Assembly (NCBI GenBank): GCA_019634975.1
Contig: JAHCAI010000010.1
Location: forward strand, 277-64,276
DNA length: 64,000 nucleotides
Direction: 5' to 3'
Source of the DNA: Burkholderiales bacterium
GTDB lineage: Bacteria > Pseudomonadota > Gammaproteobacteria > Burkholderiales > SG8-41
In this document: one piece after another, positions 21,741 to 33,164 of the stretch
How the letters are laid out: every line of letters begins with the position of its first letter
Numbering within the stretch: position 1 is the stretch's first letter
Program-made: the position numbers and the translations under genes
The notes under the pieces: generated by a model
The model's database searches: none
What the model was told of the DNA's origin: nothing
The model's input: the letters and a program-made list of their open reading frames with translations, nothing else

Positions 21741-22901
21741 TCAGACGTTCGCCGGAACACCGGTCGCGGGTTGCTGACGCGCCGCAACATCGGACTCCAG
21801 CAGGATGCGCAGCATGCGCCGCAGCGGCTCGGCCGCGCCCCACAGCAGCTGATCGCCAACCGTGAAGGCCGCCAGGTATTCCCCGCCCATCGGCAGCTTG
21901 CGCAGGCGTCCCACCGGAACCGTCAGCGTGCCGGTCACTGCAGTCGGCGTCAGTTCGCGCAGGGAAACCTCACGCTGGTTGGGCACGACCCTGACCCAGT
22001 CGTTGGCTTTCGCCAGAAGCTGCTCGATTTCAGGCAGCGGCAGGTCGCGCTTCAGCTTCAAGGTCAGCGCCTGGCTGTGGCAGCGCATCGCACCGATGCG
22101 CACGCAGATGCCGTCGACCGGCAGAGGATTCGCCTCGCGGCCGAGTATCTTGTTGGTTTCGGCCATGCCCTTCCACTCTTCCTTGCTCTGGCCGTTGCCG
22201 AGATCCTTGTCGATCCAGGGCAGCAGGCTGCCGGCGAGCGGGTGACCGAAATTCTCGGTGGGCACAGCCCCTTTGCGCAGCGTGTCGGCGACCACACGGT
22301 CCAGTTCGAGAACTGCCGAAGCCGGATTGTCGAGCAGCGGCTTCGCCGCCGCATGCACCGCGCCCATCTGCGCCACCAGCTCGCGCATGTTGGCCGCGCC
22401 GGCACCGGAAGCTGCCTGGTAGGTCATTGCGGAGATCCACTCGACAAGTCCGGCCTTGAACAGGCCGCCCATCGCCATCAGCATCAGGCTCACCGTGCAG
22501 TTGCCGCCGATGTAGTTCCTCACGCCCTTCGCCAGCGCGGCGTCAATGACATCGCGGTTGACCGGGTCGAGGATGATCACCGCATCCGGCTGCATGCGCA
22601 GTGCCGAGGCGGCGTCGATCCAGTAGCCCTTCCAGCCGGCCGCCCGCAGCTTCGGGAAGATCGCATTGGTGTAATCGCCGCCCTGGCAGGAAATCAGGAT
22701 GTCCATTTTCCCCAGCGCGTCGATGCTGTTGGCATCGGCCACCGGACCGGCATCGCGGCCGATGGCCGGTCCCTTGCCGCCCGCCTGAGAGGTCGAGAAG
22801 AAGGTCGGCGCCACGAAATCGAAGTCGCGTTCCGCCAGCATGCGCTCAACGAGCACCGATCCGACCATGCCGCGCCATCCGATGATTCCAAGCTTTTTCA
22901 T
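21741..22901 (-). CDS. asd: Aspartate-semialdehyde dehydrogenase
   Basis: [11 protein letters not shown]-terminus and the active-site Cys block GGNCTVSL. Conserved leuB-asd-fimV synteny. Confidence 0.95.
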   Translation of the reverse strand: MKKLGIIGWRGMVGSVLVERMLAERDFDFVAPTFFSTSQAGGKGPAIGRDAGPVADANSIDALGKMDILISCQGGDYTNAIFPKLRAAGWKGYWIDAASALRMQPDAVIILDPVNRDVIDAALAKGVRNYIGGNCTVSLMLMAMGGLFKAGLVEWISAMTYQAASGAGAANMRELVAQMGAVHAAAKPLLDNPASAVLELDRVVADTLRKGAVPTENFGHPLAGSLLPWIDKDLGNGQSKEEWKGMAETNKILGREANPLPVDGICVRIGAMRCHSQALTLKLKRDLPLPEIEQLLAKANDWVRVVPNQREVSLRELTPTAVTGTLTVPVGRLRKLPMGGEYLAAFTVGDQLLWGAAEPLRRMLRILLESDVAARQQPATGVPANV

Positions 22902-22907
22902 GCAAAC

Positions 22908-22937
22908 ACCTTTAAAAACAGGGTATTACTCTAAACC
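22908..22937 (+). repeat. AT-rich repeat family copy (asd/leuB spacer)
   Basis: ACCTTTAAAAACAGGGTATTACTCTAAACC. It shares an 11-nt identity (TTTAAAAACAG) with the copy at 27473-27511. Confidence 0.5.
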
Positions 22938-22939
22938 AA

Positions 22940-24004
22940 TCAGAGCGCCGCGACCACCGCGTCGCCCATCTCGACGGTGCCAACCTTTTTCGCGCCCGGC
23001 TCATCGATGTCCGGCGTGCGGTAGCCCGCCGCCAGCACGCTCTTGACCGCGGCCTCGATGCGATAAGCCCACTCGTCCTTGTTGAAGGTGTAGCGCAGCA
23101 TCATCGCCGTCGACAGGATCGTCGCCAGCGGATTGGCGATGTTTTTGCCGGCGATGTCCGGTGCCGAACCGTGGATCGGCTCGTAGAGCCCGCCGCCGCC
23201 GGAATTGAGCGAAGCCGAGGGCAGCATGCCGATCGAGCCGGTCAGCATCGAGGCTTCGTCGGACAGGATGTCGCCGAAAATGTTGCCGGTGACGATGACG
23301 TCGAACTGCTTGGGATTTCTCACCAGCTGCATCGCCGCGTTGTCCACGTACATGTGCGACAGTGCCACTTCCGGATATTTCTTCGCGACGTCATTGACGA
23401 TCTCGCGCCAGAAGCGGCTGGTCTCGAGCACGTTTTCCTTGTCCACCGAGCACAGTTTTTTGCCGCGCTTCATCGCGGTCTGGAAGCCGACTTCGGCGAT
23501 GCGGCGGATCTCCGGCTCCGAATAGAGCATCGTGTCGTAGCCTTCCTTCTCGCCGCGCGCGTTGTCGCGGCGGCCGCGCGGCTCGCCGAAATAGATGTCG
23601 CCGGTCAGCTCGCGGATGATCATCAGGTCGAGGCCGGATACCACTTCCGGCTTCAGCGTCGATGCATGCACCAGTTCCGGATACAGCACGGCCGGTCGCA
23701 GGTTGGCAAACAGCCCCAGCTCCTTGCGGATGCGCAGGATGCCCTGCTCCGGGCGCTGCGGCCGCGGCAGCGCGTCGTATTTCGGCCCGCCGACCGCGCC
23801 GCAGAGCACGGCGTCGGCTTCCTTCGCCAGCTTCAGCGTCGGCTGCGGCAGCGGATCGCCGTGCGCGTCGAAACCGGCGCCGCCGAAGGGCGCCTCTTCC
23901 ATTTCGAGCCTGAGGCCGTCTTCCGCCAGCCGGCGCAGCACCTTCAGCGCCTGGCCGACGATCTCGGGACCGATGCCGTCACCTGCAAGAACTGCAATCT
24001 TCAT
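22940..24004 (-). CDS. leuB: 3-isopropylmalate dehydrogenase
   Basis: [16 protein letters not shown] start and [26 protein letters not shown] motif. Confidence 0.96.
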   Translation of the reverse strand: MKIAVLAGDGIGPEIVGQALKVLRRLAEDGLRLEMEEAPFGGAGFDAHGDPLPQPTLKLAKEADAVLCGAVGGPKYDALPRPQRPEQGILRIRKELGLFANLRPAVLYPELVHASTLKPEVVSGLDLMIIRELTGDIYFGEPRGRRDNARGEKEGYDTMLYSEPEIRRIAEVGFQTAMKRGKKLCSVDKENVLETSRFWREIVNDVAKKYPEVALSHMYVDNAAMQLVRNPKQFDVIVTGNIFGDILSDEASMLTGSIGMLPSASLNSGGGGLYEPIHGSAPDIAGKNIANPLATILSTAMMLRYTFNKDEWAYRIEAAVKSVLAAGYRTPDIDEPGAKKVGTVEMGDAVVAAL

Positions 24005-24031
24005 CGTGATTCCGTTCGAACGGGGTGTGGA

Positions 24032-24670
24032 TCAGGCGAACAGCCAGGGCTGGGCCGCCTTGTGCTTCGCCTCGAAGGCGCGGATCTCGTCGGCATGGCC
24101 CAGCGTCAGGCCGATGTCGTCAAGGCCGTTGAGCATGCAATGCTTGCGGTGCGGGTCGATGTCGAACCTGAAGGTCTCGCCCGACGGTGTCGTCACCGTC
24201 TGCTGCTCGAGATCGATGGCCAGGCGATAACCCTCGTTCGCCTCGGTTTCGCGGAACAGTTGATCGACGATCTTCGCATCGAGTCTGATCAGCAACAGTC
24301 CGTTCTTCAGGCTGTTGTTGTAGAAGATATCGGCAAAGCTCGGCGCAATGATGGTCTGGATGCCGAACTGCAGCAGCGCCCAGGGCGCGTGCTCGCGTGA
24401 GGACCCGCAGCCGAAATTTTCCCGCGCGAGCAGCACGGTCGCACCGATGAACCGGCTCCTGTTGAGCACGAAATCCTTGTTCAGCGGGCGGCCGGTATTG
24501 TCGGAGTCCGGCTCGCCGCGGTCGAGGTAGCGCCATTCGTCGAACAGGTTCGGCCCGAAGCCGGTCCGCTTGATCGACTTCAGGAACTGCTTGGGGATGA
24601 TCGCGTCGGTATCGACGTTGGCCCGGTCGAGCGGCGCTACCAGCCCCTCCTTGCGGATGAACTTTTCCAT
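24032..24670 (-). CDS. leuD: 3-isopropylmalate dehydratase small subunit
   Basis: 212 aa, [17 protein letters not shown] motif. Confidence 0.95.
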   Translation of the reverse strand: MEKFIRKEGLVAPLDRANVDTDAIIPKQFLKSIKRTGFGPNLFDEWRYLDRGEPDSDNTGRPLNKDFVLNRSRFIGATVLLARENFGCGSSREHAPWALLQFGIQTIIAPSFADIFYNNSLKNGLLLIRLDAKIVDQLFRETEANEGYRLAIDLEQQTVTTPSGETFRFDIDPHRKHCMLNGLDDIGLTLGHADEIRAFEAKHKAAQPWLFA

Positions 24671-24671
24671 G

Positions 24672-24791
24672 CTACTTCGTCGACCTCTGGATCGCCTCGC
24701 CCGCCCTCTCCACGTCCTTGCCCACGCCGGCCACGGTATTGCAGCCCGCCAGCACCAGCATTGCCACCATCAGCATGATCACGCGTTTCAT
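24672..24791 (-). CDS. Entericidin A/B-family small lipoprotein (39 aa), embedded between leuC and leuD
   Basis: My own translation: [39 protein letters not shown]. It has a lipobox LAGC followed by NT..G.G.D, as in EcnA/EcnB, and a strong SD (GGAAGGAG) upstream. The ORF is too short for the supplied ORF track. Confidence 0.8.
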   Translation of the reverse strand: MKRVIMLMVAMLVLAGCNTVAGVGKDVERAGEAIQRSTK

Positions 24792-24811
24792 GAGCATCTC
24801 CTTCCGGAAAA

Positions 24812-26230
24812 TCAGTTCATTTCACGTACATCGACAAAATGTCCGGCAACCGCCGCGGCAGCGGCCATCGCGGGGCTCACCAGATGGGTCCTGCCTCCGG
24901 GCCCCTGGCGGCCCTCGAAGTTGCGGTTCGAAGTCGAGGCACAGCGCTCGCCCGGGCTCAGCTGGTCCTCGTTCATGCCGAGGCACATCGAGCAGCCCGG
25001 CTCGCGCCACTCGAATCCCGCCTCGACGAGAATCCTGTCGAGCCCTTCCTGCTCGGCCTGCGCCTTCACCTGCCCGGAGCCGGGCACCACCATCGCCAGC
25101 TTCACGTTGCCCGCGACCTTGCGCCCCTTCGCCACGGCTGCCGCGGCGCGGATGTCCTCGATGCGCGAGTTGGTGCAGGCACCGATGAACACCTTGTCGA
25201 TGCGGATTTCGGTGATCGGCGTATTGGGCTTGAGGTCCATGTACTGCAGCGCCCGCGCATAGCCGTCACGCTTCACCGGATTGGTTTCCCGCGCGGGATC
25301 CGGCACCCTGCCGTCGACCGTCGTCACCATCTCCGGCGATGTGCCCCAGGTCACCTGCGGCTGGATGTCTTCCGCCCGCAGCGTCACCACGGTATCGAAC
25401 TTCGCGTCCGGATCGCTGACCAGCGTGCGCCAGTAAGCCACGGCCCTGTCCCACATCGCGCCGGTCGGCGAGAACATGCGCCCCCTGCAGTATTCGATGG
25501 TCTTGTCGTCAACCGCGACCATGCCGGTGCGCGCGCCGGCCTCGATCGCCATGTTGCAGAGGGTCATGCGCCCCTCCATCGACAGGGCGCGGATCGCGCT
25601 GCCGGTGAATTCGATCGCATGGCCGGTGCCGCCGGCGGTACCGATCTTGCCGATCACGGCCAGCGCGATGTCCTTGGCAGTGACGCCGAAGCCGAGTTCG
25701 CCCTCGACGGCGATGTTCATGTTCTTGTACTTCTTCATGACCATGCACTGCGTGGCCAGCACATGCTCGACCTCGCTGGTGCCGATGCCGAAGGCCAGCG
25801 CGCCGAAAGCGCCATGGGTGCTGGTGTGCGAATCGCCGCAGACCACGGTCATCCCCGGCAGTGTCGCGCCGTTCTCCGGTCCGATCACATGCACGATGCC
25901 CTGGCGCTTGTCGAGGAAGGGGAAGTAGACCTTGGCCTTGAATTCCTTGATGTTCTTGTCGAGCGTCTCGACCTGCAGCCGCGACACCGGGTCGGTGATC
26001 CCGGCAAGGCCCTTGTCCCAGTTGCGGGTCGGGGTGTTGTGGTCGGCCGTGGCCACCACGGAATCGGTGCGCCAGACCTTGCGGCCGGCGAGCTTGAGTC
26101 CCTCGTAGGCCTGCGGGCTGGTGACTTCGTGCACCAGGTGGCGGTCGATGTAGATCAGCGCCGTGCCGTCCGCCTCGGTGCGGACGAGATGGCTATCCCA
26201 GAGTTTGTCGTAAAGCGTTTTGCCAGCCAT
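24812..26230 (-). CDS. leuC: 3-isopropylmalate dehydratase large subunit
   Basis: 472 aa with aconitase-family Fe-S ligand motifs ([25 protein letters not shown]). Confidence 0.96.
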   Translation of the reverse strand: MAGKTLYDKLWDSHLVRTEADGTALIYIDRHLVHEVTSPQAYEGLKLAGRKVWRTDSVVATADHNTPTRNWDKGLAGITDPVSRLQVETLDKNIKEFKAKVYFPFLDKRQGIVHVIGPENGATLPGMTVVCGDSHTSTHGAFGALAFGIGTSEVEHVLATQCMVMKKYKNMNIAVEGELGFGVTAKDIALAVIGKIGTAGGTGHAIEFTGSAIRALSMEGRMTLCNMAIEAGARTGMVAVDDKTIEYCRGRMFSPTGAMWDRAVAYWRTLVSDPDAKFDTVVTLRAEDIQPQVTWGTSPEMVTTVDGRVPDPARETNPVKRDGYARALQYMDLKPNTPITEIRIDKVFIGACTNSRIEDIRAAAAVAKGRKVAGNVKLAMVVPGSGQVKAQAEQEGLDRILVEAGFEWREPGCSMCLGMNEDQLSPGERCASTSNRNFEGRQGPGGRTHLVSPAMAAAAAVAGHFVDVREMN

Positions 26231-26308
26231 GGAAATACCGTCGTGAAGTCCAAGCTACGGAAACCTTGGATTATCTCACAGCGGGGTCCTCCCCCGCTCG
26301 GCGGGAAT

Positions 26309-27448
26309 TCACGCCGAGCGCAGCCAGCGCCACAGCACGGCCGCCGCCAGCAGCGCGCACAGGCCCGCCAGCGTGAAGGTCAGCCCCGCCCCCAGTCCGC
26401 TCCAGGCATAACCGCTGGCAAGGCCGCCGACCGTGCCGCCCAGGCCGTAGGCCAGGCTGCCGTAGATCGCCTGGCCCCGCGCCTGGTGGCGGCCGCGGAA
26501 CAGCCGGTGCACGACCCCGATCGCCGCAGCGTGGAAGGAGCCGAAACTTGCCGCGTGCAGCGTCTGCGCCGCGAGCAGCAGCACGAAGCTGTCCGCCGCC
26601 CAGCCGATGACGACAAAACGCAGCGCCGCGAGCAGCGTGCTGGCGATCAGGATCGCGCGCAGCGAATAAGCGCGGTAGAGCCGCGACATCCAGATGAAAA
26701 TGCCGATCTCGCAGACCACGCCGAGCGCCCACAGCCAGCCCGCCGCCGACTTGCTGTAGCCATGGTCAACCAGGTGGATGGTATAGAAGGTGTAGTACGG
26801 GCCATGAGCCGCCGCCATCAGCGCCGAGGCCGCAATGATCGCAATGACCTCCGGGCGGCGCACGATGTGCCACACCGGCAGCTCGTCGCCGGGGTGGGAT
26901 TCCGCCTTCGACTCGGCCAGCGTCGTGGTCAGCAGCAGCATGGTCGCCATCAGCGCCGCGATCACCCACAGCACCGCGCGCGGGCCGGTGGCATCAATCA
27001 GATAGCCGACCGCCACCACCGCGGCGATGAAGCCCACCGACCCCCAGACCCGGATGCGGCCGTAGCGCGCGGTCTCCTCGCCGAGATGCGACAGCGTGGT
27101 CGCCTCCACCAGCGGCAGTGCCGCGCTCCAGAAAAACATCATCGCGAACAGCACAGCGAACAGCAGCCAGAAACTGTCGCCGGCGAACACGCCAAGGAAT
27201 ACCACCATGCCGGCCGCGCCCGAGGCACGCACGATGGCAATACGCCGCCCCGTGTGGTCGGCGAGCCAGCCCCACAGGTGCGGCGCGACGATGCGGGTCA
27301 ACTGCGGCAGCGCCATCAGCACGCCGATCTCGACGGCGTTCATGCCGACGCTGTTCAGGTAGAGGGCAAAAAACGGCGCGAAGGCGCCGAGGTAGGCGAA
27401 GTAGAAAAAGTAGAACGCGGAGAGATTGAGATGGATCGACCGGGCCAC
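26309..27448 (-). CDS. MFS transporter (MFS_1-like / HcaT-like subfamily), substrate unknown
   Basis: 379 aa, about 12 hydrophobic segments, N-terminal FYFFYFAYLGAFAPFFALYL and the loop GWLADHTGRR. Confidence 0.75.
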   Translation of the reverse strand: MARSIHLNLSAFYFFYFAYLGAFAPFFALYLNSVGMNAVEIGVLMALPQLTRIVAPHLWGWLADHTGRRIAIVRASGAAGMVVFLGVFAGDSFWLLFAVLFAMMFFWSAALPLVEATTLSHLGEETARYGRIRVWGSVGFIAAVVAVGYLIDATGPRAVLWVIAALMATMLLLTTTLAESKAESHPGDELPVWHIVRRPEVIAIIAASALMAAAHGPYYTFYTIHLVDHGYSKSAAGWLWALGVVCEIGIFIWMSRLYRAYSLRAILIASTLLAALRFVVIGWAADSFVLLLAAQTLHAASFGSFHAAAIGVVHRLFRGRHQARGQAIYGSLAYGLGGTVGGLASGYAWSGLGAGLTFTLAGLCALLAAAVLWRWLRSA

Positions 27449-27472
27449 GGGCGGTGCCGCGCGCGCCGCGCA

Positions 27473-27511
27473 CGGAATCTATAAGTATCTGTTTTTAAAC
27501 AATTATTTAAG
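27473..27511 (-). repeat. AT-rich repeat family copy 2
   Basis: The minus strand reads CTTAAATAATTGTTTAAAAACAGATACTTATAGATTCCG, with 29/33 identical positions to copy 1 over the first 33 nt. Located in the aroC/MFS spacer. Confidence 0.7.
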
Positions 27512-27517
27512 TGGTGC

Positions 27518-28681
27518 TCAGGCTTCGTCGGGATCCGGGTTTTCCGCCGCAGCGGCCGCCCGCAGTTTCTCGACGACACCCGCCGGCGCCTGTGCGGCAA
27601 TCACCGGCGTGCCCGTATTCACGTCGGCGTTCTGCGCACGATGGCGCAGCGCGTGATCGATCAGTGTCAGCGCCAGCATGGCCTCGCAGATCGGCGTCGC
27701 ACGTATACCGACACAGGGATCGTGGCGGCCGTGGGTTTCGATCAACGCGGCCTGGCCCGTGGTGTCGACGGTGTGCCGCGCGAGGCGGATGCTCGAGGTC
27801 GGCTTCACCGCGACATTGACGATGATGTCCTGCCCGGTCGAAATGCCGCCCAGCACGCCGCCGGCGTTATTGCTGACAAAGCCCTGCGGCGTCATTTCAT
27901 CCGAGTGTTCGGTGCCGCGCTGGCTGACCGCCGCGAAACCGGCGCCGATCTCGACGCCCTTCACCGCGTTGATGCTCATCATGTTGTAGGCGATGTCGGC
28001 ATCGAGCTTGTCGTAGACCGGCTCGCCGAGGCCAACCGGCACACTGCTGGCAATGGTCGTGATTTTTGCGCCGACCGAATCCCCGGATTTGCGCAGTTTG
28101 TCCATGAAGGTTTCGAGTTCGGCAACGATGCCGGCGTTCGGCGCGAAAAACGGGTTATTACCGACTTCGTCCCAAGTGACAAAAGGAATCTCGACCGGCC
28201 CCAGTTGCGACATGTAGCCGCGGATCACCGTGCCGTATTTTTCTTTGAGCCACTTCTTGGCAATGGCGCCCGCAGCCACGCGCACCGCGGTTTCGCGCGC
28301 TGACTGGCGGCCGCCGCCGCGGTAGTCGCGGATGCCGTATTTCTGCCAGTAGGTGTAGTCGGCATGGCCGGGCCGGAACAGGTCCTTGATCTTGGAGTAA
28401 TCCTTGCTCCGCTGGTCGGTGTTGCGGATCAGCAGGCCGATCGGCGTGCCGGTGGTCTTGCCTTCGAACATGCCCGAAAGAATTTCAACCTTGTCCTCCT
28501 CGCGGCGCTGCGTGACATGGCGCGAAGTGCCGGGCTTGCGGCGGTCGAGCTCGAGCTGGATGTCGGCTTCGGAAAGCGCCAGTCCCGGCGGGCAGCCGTC
28601 GACCACGCAGCCGATCGCCGGCCCGTGCGATTCGCCGAAGGAAGTGACGCAGAACAGGGTACCCAGCGTGCTGCCCGACAT
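27518..28681 (-). CDS. aroC: Chorismate synthase
   Basis: [19 protein letters not shown]-terminus and the RPGHAD and GRHDPCV motifs. Confidence 0.96.
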   Translation of the reverse strand: MSGSTLGTLFCVTSFGESHGPAIGCVVDGCPPGLALSEADIQLELDRRKPGTSRHVTQRREEDKVEILSGMFEGKTTGTPIGLLIRNTDQRSKDYSKIKDLFRPGHADYTYWQKYGIRDYRGGGRQSARETAVRVAAGAIAKKWLKEKYGTVIRGYMSQLGPVEIPFVTWDEVGNNPFFAPNAGIVAELETFMDKLRKSGDSVGAKITTIASSVPVGLGEPVYDKLDADIAYNMMSINAVKGVEIGAGFAAVSQRGTEHSDEMTPQGFVSNNAGGVLGGISTGQDIIVNVAVKPTSSIRLARHTVDTTGQAALIETHGRHDPCVGIRATPICEAMLALTLIDHALRHRAQNADVNTGTPVIAAQAPAGVVEKLRAAAAAENPDPDEA

Positions 28682-28748
28682 GAGGTAAAAACTCCATTAA
28701 AATCAAGCACGAAGTTTAACACAGCCGCCACCCTTCCCGAGCGCAGCC

Positions 28749-28934
28749 ATGAGTGAAAAACCCGATCCCGACAAGATCAAAGGCCCCGGCGGCCTCAACA
28801 TGCGCGAACTGCACGAACTGGTGAAGCAGAGTCATGCCCGCGACCAGGTCCGGCATGCACCGAACGCGCTGAAGCAGCCGCAGAACCGCTGGCAGCGGCT
28901 GGTGCGTTATGTCTGGGATAAAAAACGGGGATAG
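28749..28934 (+). CDS. Hypothetical small basic protein (61 aa)
   Basis: This ORF is non-overlapping in an otherwise empty spacer, and its third codon positions are predominantly G/C like the real genes here. I do not recognise a family. Confidence 0.5.
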   Translation: MSEKPDPDKIKGPGGLNMRELHELVKQSHARDQVRHAPNALKQPQNRWQRLVRYVWDKKRG

Positions 28935-28939
28935 CGCGG

Positions 28940-30388
28940 TTAATACCTGCGCAGGAACTCCAGCCCCCAGGCCACGCCGAAACCGGTGCAGTCGGTCGCT
29001 ACCGCCCCGAGCCCGCCCTTGCAGCCGTGGGCCGACAGGTCCATGTGGATCCACGGCGTCTTGTGCGTAAAGCGCTGCAGCAGCCTGGCCGCCAGGATAT
29101 GGTCGGCCTCGCCGTCCAGCGTGCACTGCTTGACGTCGGCCACCGCGCTGTCGAGCGCGCTGTCGTAATCCTCGTCCATCGGGAAGCGGCACAGCCGCTC
29201 GCCGGCCTGCACGCCCGCACGCAAGGCCTTGTCGGCAATATCATCGCCGGTGGCGAAGATGCCGCTGTAACGCGTACCGACGGCAACATGCATCGAGCCT
29301 GTCAGCGTCGCGAAATCGACGATCAGTCCCGGTTTCGCCCGCGCCGCCAGCGTCAGCGTGTCGGCCAGCACCATCCGCCCCTCGGCGTCGGTATGCACGA
29401 CCTCGATGGTGGTGCCGTCGAGCGCGGTAACAATGTCATTTTGCTTGTACGCCCGCGGGCCCAGGTGGTTCTGCGCCAGCGCCAGCCAGCAATCGATGTT
29501 GATCTTGAGTTTGGCCGCAGTCGCCGCCGTCAGGATGCCCAGCGCCACCGCCGAACCGTTCATGTCCTCGTGCATGCCCATCATGTAGCGCGCCGGCTTC
29601 AGGTTGTGGCCGCCGGTGTCGAAACAGATGCCCTTGCCCACCAGCGCAACGGTCTTCTTCGCGCCGCGCGGCCGGTAGCGCAGGCGCACGATCGCGGCGT
29701 CCCGTTCATCGCTGCCCTGGGCCACCGCGCAGAAGGCGCCGGCACCCATTTTCTTCAGGCGCCTGAAATCGAATTCCTCGCGCGTCCAGCCCTGCGCACG
29801 CGCCAGCTCCGCAATGCGTTTGCGGTAAGCGCCGGGCGTGAGTTCGTTCGGCGGCAGTACCGTCAGCCTGCGGCAAAGCACATTGCCCTCGGCGACCGCG
29901 CGCGTCGCGGCAAAGCCGTCTGCCGCGCGGCAACCCCACAGCTCGAGGGTTTTCAGGGGTTTGGCCGTGGAATCCTTCTTGCGGTTCGGCAATGGCACGC
30001 CATTGATCCAGGCCACAAATGCGGCACGCTCGGCCAGCGCCTGGCGGGCGCCCGTCGCCCCGGCAACGGCCACATGCAGCGCTTCCGGCTGCTCGGCAAG
30101 CAGGGGGGCCAGTGCCTTGCGCAGCAGCGTGTGCTGCTCGAAGGCGGATTGCCTCGGATCCGGCGTCACCCACAGCACCAGTGTACCGTCGGCGGTCTCG
30201 GCGCTGACCGCACCCTTCGCGAGGTCGACCGGTTTCTTGCGACGGCGCGCCAGCGCCTTTTCGAGCGCGCCGTTAAGCGGCAGCGCCGACAGCGCAGTGC
30301 CGGAAGGCGCGACCACCAGCAGGTGGCGGATTTTGCCCAGTTCGCGCGCGGACGGCAGTCCGGCGCGGGATTGCAGCTTGGCCAGCAT
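28940..30388 (-). CDS. M17-family leucyl aminopeptidase-like protein
   Basis: [16 protein letters not shown] and the M17 signature-like [13 protein letters not shown]. Confidence 0.85.
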   Translation of the reverse strand: MLAKLQSRAGLPSARELGKIRHLLVVAPSGTALSALPLNGALEKALARRRKKPVDLAKGAVSAETADGTLVLWVTPDPRQSAFEQHTLLRKALAPLLAEQPEALHVAVAGATGARQALAERAAFVAWINGVPLPNRKKDSTAKPLKTLELWGCRAADGFAATRAVAEGNVLCRRLTVLPPNELTPGAYRKRIAELARAQGWTREEFDFRRLKKMGAGAFCAVAQGSDERDAAIVRLRYRPRGAKKTVALVGKGICFDTGGHNLKPARYMMGMHEDMNGSAVALGILTAATAAKLKINIDCWLALAQNHLGPRAYKQNDIVTALDGTTIEVVHTDAEGRMVLADTLTLAARAKPGLIVDFATLTGSMHVAVGTRYSGIFATGDDIADKALRAGVQAGERLCRFPMDEDYDSALDSAVADVKQCTLDGEADHILAARLLQRFTHKTPWIHMDLSAHGCKGGLGAVATDCTGFGVAWGLEFLRRY

Positions 30389-30474
30389 GGTCTTTGTTCC
30401 CGTGTTTGAGTCCCGAGGATTATAAAGGGCCTGTTAAAATCCTCCGGGACGCAATCCTCTGCCCACTGAACCCG

Positions 30475-31269
30475 ATGCGCCCCTACCTCGACCTGCTGCG
30501 CCACGTGCTCGAACACGGCACCCGCAAGACCGACCGCACCGGCACCGGCACGATCTCCGTTTTCGGCGCGCAGCTGCGTTTCGACCTCCAAGCCGGCTTC
30601 CCGCTGGTGACCACCAAGAAGGTGCACCTGAAGTCGATCATCCATGAGCTGCTGTGGTTCCTCAAAGGCGACACCAACGTCAAATACCTGCAGGACAACG
30701 GCGTGTCCATCTGGAACGAATGGGCACGCGCCGACGGCGACCTCGGCCCGGTCTACGGTTACCAGTGGCGTTCCTGGCCGGCGGCGGACGGCCGCCACAT
30801 AGACCAGATTGCGCAGGTATTGGAGCAACTGCAAAAGAATCCGGATTCGCGGCGCATGATCGTCTCGGCCTGGAACGTCGCCGATCTCGACCGCATGGCG
30901 CTGATGCCCTGCCATGCCTTTTTCCAGTTCTACGTCGCCGACGGGAAACTGTCCTGCCAGCTCTACCAGCGCAGCGCCGACATGTTCCTCGGTGTGCCCT
31001 TCAACATCGCCTCCTACGCGCTGCTGACGCTGATGATCGCCCAGGTCACGGGCCTCAAGCCCGGCGACTTCGTGCACACTTTCGGCGACACCCACATCTA
31101 CCTGAATCATCTTGACCAGGTGAAGGAACAGCTGTCACGCCAACCGCGGCCGCTGCCGAAGATGAAACTGAATCCCGCGGTGAAAGACCTGTTCGCGTTC
31201 AAATACGAGGACTTCACGCTGGAAGGCTACGATCCGCATCCGGCAATCAAGGCTCCCGTGGCGGTCTGA
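30475..31269 (+). CDS. thyA: Thymidylate synthase
   Basis: [15 protein letters not shown] start (ATG at 30475, 264 aa) and the active-site block [12 protein letters not shown]. The track start at 30394 adds a non-homologous 27 aa. Confidence 0.96.
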   Translation: MRPYLDLLRHVLEHGTRKTDRTGTGTISVFGAQLRFDLQAGFPLVTTKKVHLKSIIHELLWFLKGDTNVKYLQDNGVSIWNEWARADGDLGPVYGYQWRSWPAADGRHIDQIAQVLEQLQKNPDSRRMIVSAWNVADLDRMALMPCHAFFQFYVADGKLSCQLYQRSADMFLGVPFNIASYALLTLMIAQVTGLKPGDFVHTFGDTHIYLNHLDQVKEQLSRQPRPLPKMKLNPAVKDLFAFKYEDFTLEGYDPHPAIKAPVAV

Positions 31270-31273
31270 GCCG

Positions 31274-31792
31274 ATGAATGCCCCGCAAAAGCCGCGCCTG
31301 TCGCTGATCGTCGCGATGGCGAAAAACCGCGTCATCGGCGCCGACGGCAAAATTCCCTGGCACCTGCCGAGGGAACTGCAACTCTTCAAGCGGGTAACCA
31401 TGGGCCATCACATGGTGATGGGCCGCAAGACCTACGAGTCGATCGGCCGCCTGCTGCCGGGACGCACCACGGTGATCGTCACGCGGCAGCAGGATTACGC
31501 CGTGCCGGGAGCAGTCATCGCGCATTCACTGGAGGACGCCCTCGCCCGCTGCGCCGGCGATCCGGAAATCTTCGTGATCGGCGGCGGCGAACTCTACCGC
31601 GCCGCCATGCCCAGGGCCGACCGCATCTACCTGACGGTAGTCGATGCCGAACCGGCCGGGGACACGCGCATGCCCGAGCTCGATCCGGCGCAATGGACTC
31701 TGGTCAGCACGGAGCAGTTCGGCAGGGATGAGCGTCATGCCCACGATTACCGCTTTGAAATCCATGACCGCGTGCCGGCCGCAAGGACATAA
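31274..31792 (+). CDS. folA: Dihydrofolate reductase
   Basis: LSLIVAMAKNRVIGADGKIPWHLP, MGRKTYESIG and the VIGGGELY motif. Immediately after thyA. Confidence 0.93.
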   Translation: MNAPQKPRLSLIVAMAKNRVIGADGKIPWHLPRELQLFKRVTMGHHMVMGRKTYESIGRLLPGRTTVIVTRQQDYAVPGAVIAHSLEDALARCAGDPEIFVIGGGELYRAAMPRADRIYLTVVDAEPAGDTRMPELDPAQWTLVSTEQFGRDERHAHDYRFEIHDRVPAART

Positions 31793-31817
31793 TCCTTTCG
31801 GCTGCGCGGCATCCGGA

Positions 31818-33164
31818 TCATTCGAGCAGAGAGACGAAGTCCTCGTATTTCTGCCCCGCACCGCGCGGTATTGAATCGACGCGACTGATGGTCATCCGGA
31901 ACGGATAATCCAGTGCCTTGATCAGCGCCTGCTCGAGACGCGTGCGTTCTTCCCCCTCGAAATCCCGCGGCATCACCACCCGCGCCTCGATGTGGTCGAT
32001 CGCGTCCTGCACCAGCTGGATCTGCAGCACAGGCGCCGCATGGCGCCAGGCTTCCCACGGAAAACTCGGCCAGTAGCGCACGCCGTCAGGACGCCGCAGC
32101 ATGTTGCGCTGCCGTCCGGCGATGCGCGTCAGCACCGGCAGGCCGCGCCCGCAGGCGCAGGACTCGCCGACCTCGGCATAGTCGCCACTGGCGTAGCGCA
32201 GCAGCGGCATCGCGAAATTGTGCAAGGTCGAGACCACGACCTGCCCGACTTCCCCCGCCGCGCAGGGCGCCCCCGCCTCGTCGAGTACTTCGACGATCAG
32301 GTTCTCTGCCAGAACGTGATAACACTCCCTCTCCGGGCATTGCAGAGCAATATAGCCCAGTTCCTCGGAGCTGTAGCTGTCCGCGATTTCGACGCCCCAG
32401 GCATCACGCACCAGCGCCCGGGTATCGGGCAGCAGGGTCTCGCCGTAGGTGCGCGCCTGTCTAAGGCGCGGCAGGCGCACGCCGAGTTCGAGGCCGCGCT
32501 GCGCCAGCGCGCGCAGGTTGGTGGCGAAGGTCAGCAGGTAATCCGGATTCTCCGACTGCAGCCAGCGCAGCTGCTCGTCGATGTCGATGACGAGGCTGCG
32601 CACGACCGAGGGACCGGTAACGAAGGCGGACGTCGCCGGCCCCCAGTCGGCGAACCCGGCATCCTCGGTCTTGCTGCGGATGGCTGCCAGCTTGCCGCGC
32701 AGATCGCGGCCATGCCAGAGATGATCGCGCAGCAGGAAAGCCTGCCACAGCACCTGCGTCCAGGCAGTGCCGGGCGTGATGATCGGGCTGCCTGTCGATC
32801 CCGAGGATTGTGTCGTCACGCCGGGACCGTGCGACTGCGGCGGTGCCGTGCTGTGCAGCGCATCGCCCGCCAGCTGGATGTCGCGGCGCGTGGTCAAGGG
32901 CAATTCCCGGTAGCGCGCCCAGGTCATCGTGCCGGGGGACCAGGGCGCGAAGCGTTCCCGGTAATACGGCACCGTCGCCACTGCATGGCGGAACACCTGG
33001 CTGAACTGCGCGAGCTGCAATGCCTGCAGCCGCTCCCCGGGCCACCACTGCGTCTGATCGAGCTGGTACTGCAGCGCCAGCATGCGCGATGCCGGCTCTC
33101 CGGTGGGTGCAGGCCAGGCGATGCCGGAGCAGGCCGAGCGCGGCACATGCGGGAAGCCCGTCAC
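31818..33164 (-). CDS. PaaK/coenzyme-F390-synthetase-like adenylate-forming enzyme, paralog B
   Basis: ANL-superfamily P-loop SSGSTGSP and CxCGR block (ESCACGRGLPVLTRIAGR), as in phenylacetate-CoA ligase-type enzymes. 4-nt overlap with paralog A. Confidence 0.75.
   Translation of the reverse strand: MTGFPHVPRSACSGIAWPAPTGEPASRMLALQYQLDQTQWWPGERLQALQLAQFSQVFRHAVATVPYYRERFAPWSPGTMTWARYRELPLTTRRDIQLAGDALHSTAPPQSHGPGVTTQSSGSTGSPIITPGTAWTQVLWQAFLLRDHLWHGRDLRGKLAAIRSKTEDAGFADWGPATSAFVTGPSVVRSLVIDIDEQLRWLQSENPDYLLTFATNLRALAQRGLELGVRLPRLRQARTYGETLLPDTRALVRDAWGVEIADSYSSEELGYIALQCPERECYHVLAENLIVEVLDEAGAPCAAGEVGQVVVSTLHNFAMPLLRYASGDYAEVGESCACGRGLPVLTRIAGRQRNMLRRPDGVRYWPSFPWEAWRHAAPVLQIQLVQDAIDHIEARVVMPRDFEGEERTRLEQALIKALDYPFRMTISRVDSIPRGAGQKYEDFVSLLE

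Noticed and set aside
24839-27484. 881-aa plus-strand ORF
   Set aside because: It is antisense to leuC and the MFS transporter gene. Both of those have clear family motifs, and this ORF has none.
28690-28730. Additional repeat-family members at 28690-28730 (CATTAAAATCAAGCACGAAGTTTAACAC) and 48245-48280 (AATCAGTAAAAATTATGGTTATATCGAC)
   Set aside because: They share only a short TTAAAATCAA or AT-rich resemblance and do not match the IHF core. They are too weak to list as copies without a statistical scan.
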